24,156 bases of DNA from Betaproteobacteria bacterium. GTDB lineage: Bacteria > Pseudomonadota > Gammaproteobacteria > Burkholderiales > SG8-41. The notes under the pieces were generated by a model. The model saw only the letters and a program-made list of their open reading frames with translations. It was not told the DNA's origin and did no database searches. The position numbers and the translations under genes are program-made. The stretch's first letter is position 1. Each line of letters begins with the position of its first letter. Positions 18,862 to 24,156 of the stretch are shown piece after piece. Location of the stretch: NCBI GenBank assembly GCA_031404395.1, contig JANNHN010000210.1:1-24156 (forward strand), read 5' to 3'.

Positions 18862-18870
18862 AGTCTATCA
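18862..18870 (-). promoter_or_regulatory. Putative extended -10 promoter for hss
   Basis: Minus strand TG-A-TAGACT, about 36 nt upstream of the hss ATG; no good -35 element. Confidence 0.4.
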
Positions 18871-19080
18871 ACTTTTGCATGGCACGCACAGCAATCCGGC
18901 ATGCATTCTCCGTACAGCAGCAATCACCGTCATGCGCTTGTCGTGCAACGCACGCAACGCGCTGCCCGCCCGCGTGCACCGTCCATCCGTCGTGGCGTTC
19001 GGCCATCCGGCAGCAATGCCGACTGCACGCCCTTGATGCCCAATGGGGTCCACCACAGTAGAGCGCTTCGGGAATTTCAC

Positions 19081-19093
19081 TAACCTGTTGTTT
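19081..19093 (-). promoter_or_regulatory. IHF-like site in the hss/sauS divergent region
   Basis: Minus strand AAACAACAGGTTA (one mismatch to WATCAANNNNTTR) with an AT tract on its 5' side. Confidence 0.4.
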
Positions 19094-19175
19094 TTATTTG
19101 TAATAATTTATATCACGGCAGACAATATCCACTGCAAAGACACGCCGATGCAAGCGTTTGCAGCACCGCCCTCGT

Positions 19176-19181
19176 TATAAT
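19176..19181 (+). promoter_or_regulatory. Putative -10 box upstream of sauS
   Basis: Perfect TATAAT about 56 nt upstream of the ATG; no matching -35, so possibly activator-dependent. RBS AAGGAG before 19238. Confidence 0.4.
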
Positions 19182-19237
19182 CACGCACATTTACCTGCTG
19201 TTCCATCCGCGCAGGCAAGCAGTCGAAGGAGTCAGCC

Positions 19238-20662
19238 ATGTCTGCAGTTGAAGTACCGTCCACCTCCGCCGCAGTGCAAACCGTCTCTGCACTGGTTGCA
19301 CGCGCACGCAAAGCGCAGGCTGCAATCACGCACTACACGCAGACGCAGCTCGATGAGCTGGTCACTGCGTCCGGCTGGGCGATCATGGAACCTGCGCGCA
19401 ACAAATTACTGGCCGAAATTGCCGTGCGCGACACCGGCCTCGGCAACGTCGAAGACAAAATCACCAAAAATCACCGCAAGACACTGGGCCTGCTGCGCGA
19501 CCTGCAGGGCGCCATCTCCACCGGCATACTCGCCGAGCTGCCGGAACTGGGCATCACCGAGATCGCGCGGCCGGTCGGTGTGGTTGCCGCTGTCGTGCCT
19601 TCAACCAATCCCGGCGCGACACCCGCCAACAATATCATCAACGCGCTGAAGTGCGGCAATGCCGTCATTCTGTCGCCCTCGCCCAAGGGTTACTCGACGG
19701 CGGCGAAACTGCTGGAATTCATTCATGCCGAATTCGCGCGCATCGGCGCGCCGACCGATCTGGTGCAGACCCTGCCGCATCCGGTCACCAAGGAAAGCTC
19801 CAGCGAGTTGATGAAGCAGTGTGATCTGGTGGTCGTCACCGGTTCGCAGGCCAATGTGCGCGCGGGTTACTCCAGCGGCACGCCGGCGCTGGGCGTGGGC
19901 GCGGGCAATGTCGCGGTGATCGTTGACGACAGCGCCGACTGCGGGGACGCGGCGCAGAAAATCATGCACTCGAAGATTTTCGACAATGCGACGAGTTGCT
20001 CGTCGGAAAACAGTGTCATCATCGATGCCGCGGTTTACGAGCGCATGCTCAAGGCGTTGACCGCAGCCGGCGGCGCGTTGCTGACCGTGGCGGAAAAAGA
20101 AACCCTGCAGAAAACCATGTTCCCCGGCGGCAAACTGTCGCCGGCAGTGACCGCGCAATCCGTAGGCAGAATCTGTGCGGTAGCCGGACTGACGCGCCCC
20201 GAACTCGTCAACGCCAAATGCCTGATGGTCGAGGAATCCGGCACCGGCAAAGCCGCGCCGTTCTCCGGCGAGAAACTGTCACCCGTGCTGACCATTTACA
20301 AAGCGCGTGATTTCGACCACGCGTTTGCCACGCTGCGCGCCATCTACGACTATCAGGGCGACGGCCACTCCTGCGGCATCCACACCACGAACAACGAACA
20401 CATTCGCCGGCTGGGCATGGAAATGACCGTCTGCCGCGTCATCGTCAACCAGGCCCACGCCATCGCCAACGGCGGCAGCTTCGACAACGGCCTGCCGTTC
20501 TCGCTGACCATGGGTTGCGGCACCTGGGGCGGCAACAGTTTTTCCGAGAACCTGAATTACCGGCACTTCATGAACACCACGCGCATCGTGCGTCCCATCC
20601 CGCCGCGCGAGCCGTCTCCCGAAGACATCTTCGGCGCGTACCGCCGGAAATACGGCGCGTGA
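19238..20662 (+). CDS. sauS: CoA-acylating aldehyde dehydrogenase, sulfoacetaldehyde dehydrogenase (SauS)-like
   Basis: WAIMEPARN, KNHRKTLGLLRDL, PSTNPGATPA, catalytic FDNATSCSSENS, PFSGEKLSPVL and NGLPFSLTMGCGTWGGN closely match Cupriavidus SauS as I recall it; paired with a SauT-like ligase. Confidence 0.8.
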   Translation: MSAVEVPSTSAAVQTVSALVARARKAQAAITHYTQTQLDELVTASGWAIMEPARNKLLAEIAVRDTGLGNVEDKITKNHRKTLGLLRDLQGAISTGILAELPELGITEIARPVGVVAAVVPSTNPGATPANNIINALKCGNAVILSPSPKGYSTAAKLLEFIHAEFARIGAPTDLVQTLPHPVTKESSSELMKQCDLVVVTGSQANVRAGYSSGTPALGVGAGNVAVIVDDSADCGDAAQKIMHSKIFDNATSCSSENSVIIDAAVYERMLKALTAAGGALLTVAEKETLQKTMFPGGKLSPAVTAQSVGRICAVAGLTRPELVNAKCLMVEESGTGKAAPFSGEKLSPVLTIYKARDFDHAFATLRAIYDYQGDGHSCGIHTTNNEHIRRLGMEMTVCRVIVNQAHAIANGGSFDNGLPFSLTMGCGTWGGNSFSENLNYRHFMNTTRIVRPIPPREPSPEDIFGAYRRKYGA

Positions 20663-20708
20663 CGCCGCGCGTCTTCATGCCTGCGCCGCACGCCGCGGTC
20701 GTTGCGCC

Positions 20709-21311
20709 ATGAACCCGAACAAAAGCATCGATTTCTTCGAAACACAGTTCCGCAAGCAGGTTGCAGCCGGCGATTTTGCGCTGAACCCGTTCGAGACGGC
20801 CTGCCTGCCCTTCGTGCACGGACGCGTACTGGATTTCGGTTGCGGGCTGGGCAACCTGGCGATCACAGCGGCGCGCCGCGAGCTGGACGTAGTGGCTGTC
20901 GACGCGAGCGAGGCCGCGATCGCGCGTATCAGGAAGACCGCGACGGCTGAACGTCTCCGGATCGACGCGCAATGCGCCGAGATCGGCGGTTACATCATCT
21001 CCGGGCAGTTTGACACCATTGTCGCCATCGGCTTGCTGATGTTCTTCCCGCGGGAAAACGCGCTCGGGTTGCTGTCGCAGATACAGGCACACGTCACTGA
21101 TGGCGGCACGGCGATCGTCAACACGCTGACGGAGGGCACCACCTACATGGGCATGTTCGAACCGGGCCATTACCATCTCTTCGGCAAGAACGAATTGCGG
21201 GATCTGTTCGCAGGCTGGAAGGTTCTGCACTTCGCACACGATAATTTCACCGCACCAGAGGGCGCCACGAAGGCATTCGCGACCATCATCGCGCAGAAGA
21301 ACAATCCCTGA
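20709..21311 (+). CDS. Class I SAM-dependent methyltransferase (TehB-like)
   Basis: 200 aa. VLDFGCGLGN, VVAVDAS, FDTIVAIGLLMF and GGTAIV. Confidence 0.85.
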   Translation: MNPNKSIDFFETQFRKQVAAGDFALNPFETACLPFVHGRVLDFGCGLGNLAITAARRELDVVAVDASEAAIARIRKTATAERLRIDAQCAEIGGYIISGQFDTIVAIGLLMFFPRENALGLLSQIQAHVTDGGTAIVNTLTEGTTYMGMFEPGHYHLFGKNELRDLFAGWKVLHFAHDNFTAPEGATKAFATIIAQKNNP

Positions 21312-21331
21312 TCCCTTACGATCCACCACAA

Positions 21332-22840
21332 ATGCGCACCATCCGCCATTACGTCGACATCCGCGCCGCGGAACAGCCCTCCGCCACATGGCTGATCGCA
21401 CCAGAGACCGGTGCCACGATGACTTACGCGCAATTGCAACGCGATTCGCGTGAACTCGGCCGCTACCTGCTCGGTCTGGGACTCAGCAAGGGCGACAAAG
21501 TCGCGCTGATGCTGCACAACGGCTACCAGACCGGCCGCCTGCTGATCGGTGTCATGTATTCGGGATTCACGGTCGCGCCGCTGAACCTGCTGGCGCAACC
21601 TTCGCAACTGGCTTACGTGCTGGAGCACTCCGATACCCGCGTGGTGTTCACCAGCGAGGAATTTGCCGAACGATTGAAAACGGCGCTCGCCGGTATCCAG
21701 CGCGATATCACCGTCATCACCATCGACCCCGATGCGACGGCGCTCTTTGAGCAGGCAACATTGGCCGACAGCGCATTGCCGGAAGTTGCGGAAGCCGACG
21801 ATGCATTGCTGATGTACACCTCGGGCACCACCGGCCAACCCAAGGGCTGCGTACTGTCGCACCGCAGTGTCTGCGCCGGCGGCGAGTACACCAGTGCCGC
21901 ACATGAACTCACCGCAAAAGATCGCGTGCTGTGCGCGATGCCGCTGTACCACATCAACGGCCAGATCGTCACTGCTGTCGCACCGCTGGCTCACGGCGGC
22001 AGCGTGGTCATGCCCCGCCGCTTCAGCGTCAGCAACTACTGGGAACTCGCCACCAGACACCAGTGCACGTGGATCAACGTGGTGCCGACCATCATCGCCT
22101 ACCTGCTCAACGCACCGGATCCGCGCGACCGCGGACTCGACATCTCGCGCGTAAAGTTCTGCCGCTCGGCCTCGGCGCCGCTGCCGCCGGAACTGCACCG
22201 CGCTTTCGAAGACCGTTTCGGCATCGGCATCATTGAAACCTTCGGCATGACCGAGACCAACGCGCCCTGCTTCACCAATCCCATTGATCCAGCCAAACGC
22301 AAGATCGGCAGCCCCGGCACGGCTTTCGGCAATGAAGCCAAGGTCATCGATCCCGCCACGGGAAAAACGCAGCCGCGCGGCACGCCCGGCGAACTGATGG
22401 TACGCGGCGACAACGTGATGACGGGTTATTACAAGGATGCGGGGAACACCGCGAAAACGCTGGAGCCCGACGGCTGGATGCACACCGATGATCTGGGTTA
22501 TATGGACGCCGACGGATTCGTGTTCGTCACCGGGCGCATCAAGGAACTGATCATCAAGGGCGGCGAGAACATCGCGCCGCGTGAAATCGACGAAGCGCTG
22601 CTGAAACACCCCGCTGTACTCGAAGCTGCGGCAGTGGGCATCCCCGACGCCAATTACGGGCAGGACATCATGGCCTGCGTAGTAATCAAACCCGGCCATG
22701 AATGCAGCATCGCCGAACTCATCGAGTTCTCGCAGCAGGAACTCGGCAAGTACAAAACACCCAAGCTCATCAGGTTCGTCAACGACCTGCCCAAAGGCCC
22801 TTCAGGCAAGGTGCAGCGGCTCAAGCTCCTGGATCTGTAG
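21332..22840 (+). CDS. sauT: Acyl-CoA ligase, sulfoacetate--CoA ligase (SauT)-like
   Basis: YTSGTTGQPKG, PLYHING, CTWINVVPTIIAYLLN, FCRSASA, IIKGGENIAPREIDEAL and C-terminal GPSGKVQRLKLL as in SauT. The A7 motif reads TDD instead of TGD. Confidence 0.78.
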   Translation: MRTIRHYVDIRAAEQPSATWLIAPETGATMTYAQLQRDSRELGRYLLGLGLSKGDKVALMLHNGYQTGRLLIGVMYSGFTVAPLNLLAQPSQLAYVLEHSDTRVVFTSEEFAERLKTALAGIQRDITVITIDPDATALFEQATLADSALPEVAEADDALLMYTSGTTGQPKGCVLSHRSVCAGGEYTSAAHELTAKDRVLCAMPLYHINGQIVTAVAPLAHGGSVVMPRRFSVSNYWELATRHQCTWINVVPTIIAYLLNAPDPRDRGLDISRVKFCRSASAPLPPELHRAFEDRFGIGIIETFGMTETNAPCFTNPIDPAKRKIGSPGTAFGNEAKVIDPATGKTQPRGTPGELMVRGDNVMTGYYKDAGNTAKTLEPDGWMHTDDLGYMDADGFVFVTGRIKELIIKGGENIAPREIDEALLKHPAVLEAAAVGIPDANYGQDIMACVVIKPGHECSIAELIEFSQQELGKYKTPKLIRFVNDLPKGPSGKVQRLKLLDL

Positions 22841-22892
22841 CACACCTATACAATCACGATGCAGTCCCCGGACGAGCCGCCGCAGGCGGCGC

Positions 22893-24156
22893 TCATGATG
22901 GCTGCCGTGCCGCCCGGCTGATCGTAAACTCCTTCACCAGCGCGTAGATCGCGGGAATCACGATCAGAGTGAGAATGGTGGAGGAGATCATGCCCCCGAC
23001 CATGGGCGCGGCGATGCGGCGCATCACTTCCGAGCCGGTGCCGCTGCCCCACATGATCGGCAACAGACCCGCCATAATCGCCACCACGGTCATCATCTTC
23101 GGCCGTACGCGCTCGACCGCGCCTGCCATCACCGCTTCATAGAGATCTGCGACCCCCGGTCTGCCGCCCTTTGCCGCGCTTTTTGCCTTTATTTCCTCCC
23201 AGGCCTGGTCGAGATAGATCAGCATCACCACCCCGGTCTCCGCGGCAACACCGGCAAGCGCGATGAAGCCCACAGCCACTGCGACGCTGATGTTGTAGTC
23301 AAGCAGCCATATCAACCAGACGCCGCCCACCAGCGAAAATGGCACCGACAGCATGACGATGAAGGTTTCGGTGAGCCGCCTGAAATTAAGGTAGAGGAGC
23401 AGGAAGATGGCCAGCAATGTCAGCGGTACGACCACCTTCAGTTTCTGCTTGGCCCGCTCCATGTACTCGAACTGGCCGCTCCACGTCGCGTAGTACCCGG
23501 GCGGAAATTTCACCTGCTCGCGCACCGCCTTCTGCGCGTCGGCCACATAGCCGCCGATGTCGCGGCCGCGGATATCGACGTAAATGTATGCCGCCAGCAG
23601 CGCGTTCTCGGTGCGGATGCTGGGGGGCGCCTTGACCGGCTTGACGCTCGCCACCTGTCCCAACGGGATCATGCCGCCGTTCATGGTGGGCACCAGAACC
23701 TGGGTGGCGATGGCCTGCGGATCGCTGCGCAGTTCGCGCGGATAGCGCACGCTGACGCCATAGCGCTCGAGCCCTTCCACCGTCGTGGTCACCATCTCGC
23801 CGCCGAGGGCGGTGCCGATGACGTCCTGCAAATCGCCCACCGACAAGCCATAGCGCGCCAGAGCCATGCGATCGGGCTCGATGTCGAGGTAGTACCCTCC
23901 CGTGACCCGCTCGGCGTAGGCGCTGGTGGTGCCCGGCACTGCCTTCACCGCCACCTCGATCTTTTGCGCCAGCTTCTCGATTTCGCCCAGATCCTTGCCG
24001 AACACCTTGATGCCGATGGGTGTGCGAATACCGGTCGCCAGCATGTCGATGCGCGCCTTGATCGGCATGGTCCAGGCGTTGGAGACGCCGGGCATCTGCA
24101 TCGCCTGGTCCATTTCGGCGATGAGTTTGTCCACGGTCATGCCTGGACGCCATTCG
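22893..24156 (-). CDS. cusA: CusA/SilA-type Cu(I)/Ag(I) RND efflux pump (C-terminal part; starts outside the window)
   Basis: WRPGMTVDKLIAEMD, RIDMLATGIRTPIGIKV, YYATWSGQFEYM, GVAAETGVVML and AVERVRPKMMT; open to the right window edge. Confidence 0.92.
   Translation of the reverse strand, partial: EWRPGMTVDKLIAEMDQAMQMPGVSNAWTMPIKARIDMLATGIRTPIGIKVFGKDLGEIEKLAQKIEVAVKAVPGTTSAYAERVTGGYYLDIEPDRMALARYGLSVGDLQDVIGTALGGEMVTTTVEGLERYGVSVRYPRELRSDPQAIATQVLVPTMNGGMIPLGQVASVKPVKAPPSIRTENALLAAYIYVDIRGRDIGGYVADAQKAVREQVKFPPGYYATWSGQFEYMERAKQKLKVVVPLTLLAIFLLLYLNFRRLTETFIVMLSVPFSLVGGVWLIWLLDYNISVAVAVGFIALAGVAAETGVVMLIYLDQAWEEIKAKSAAKGGRPGVADLYEAVMAGAVERVRPKMMTVVAIMAGLLPIMWGSGTGSEVMRRIAAPMVGGMISSTILTLIVIPAIYALVKEFTISRAARQPS

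Noticed and set aside
18868-19080. 70-aa ORF upstream of hss as a leader peptide or small gene
   Set aside because: No clear RBS or motif, it overlaps the predicted hss promoter, and nothing beyond ORF length supports it.
14833-22840. Functional link between the mutase and sauST through a sulfonated substrate
   Set aside because: They are separated by a terminator and the convergent hss gene, with separate promoters. Proximity alone is insufficient.
22841-22892. TACAAT box and GCCGCC-GCA-GGCGGC hairpin between sauT and cusA
   Set aside because: No -35 element and no U-tract; not enough to call a promoter or terminator.
1-24156. CRISPR array, rRNA, transposase or phage genes
   Set aside because: No regularly spaced repeats or matching protein motifs found by eye on either strand.

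Overview
GC-rich betaproteobacterial chromosomal segment; the assignment rests on tpiA-secG-tRNA-Leu-nuoA synteny and a Bug-family binding protein. The left third is housekeeping on the minus strand: tpiA, secG, tRNA-Leu(GAG) and nuoABCDEFG plus partial nuoH. The centre is an accessory catabolic unit. A GntR/HutC regulator is divergent from a compact operon encoding an enolase-superfamily (MLE-subgroup) enzyme, a zeta-crystallin-like oxidoreductase, the three components of a coenzyme-B12 glutamate-mutase-type system (GlmS, GlmL, GlmE) and an orphan Bug protein, closed by a bidirectional terminator. The GlmE homolog keeps the B12 radical residues but has lost the residues that bind glutamate's amino group (Glu171) and one carboxylate (Arg149). 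The operon also has no methylaspartate ammonia-lyase. This points to an undescribed B12-dependent carbon-skeleton rearrangement of a non-glutamate substrate, the best candidate novelty here. The right third has homospermidine synthase, a sauS/sauT-like pair interrupted by a SAM methyltransferase, and the 3' part of a CusA-type RND pump. All homology calls come from remembered family motifs; no database search was run.
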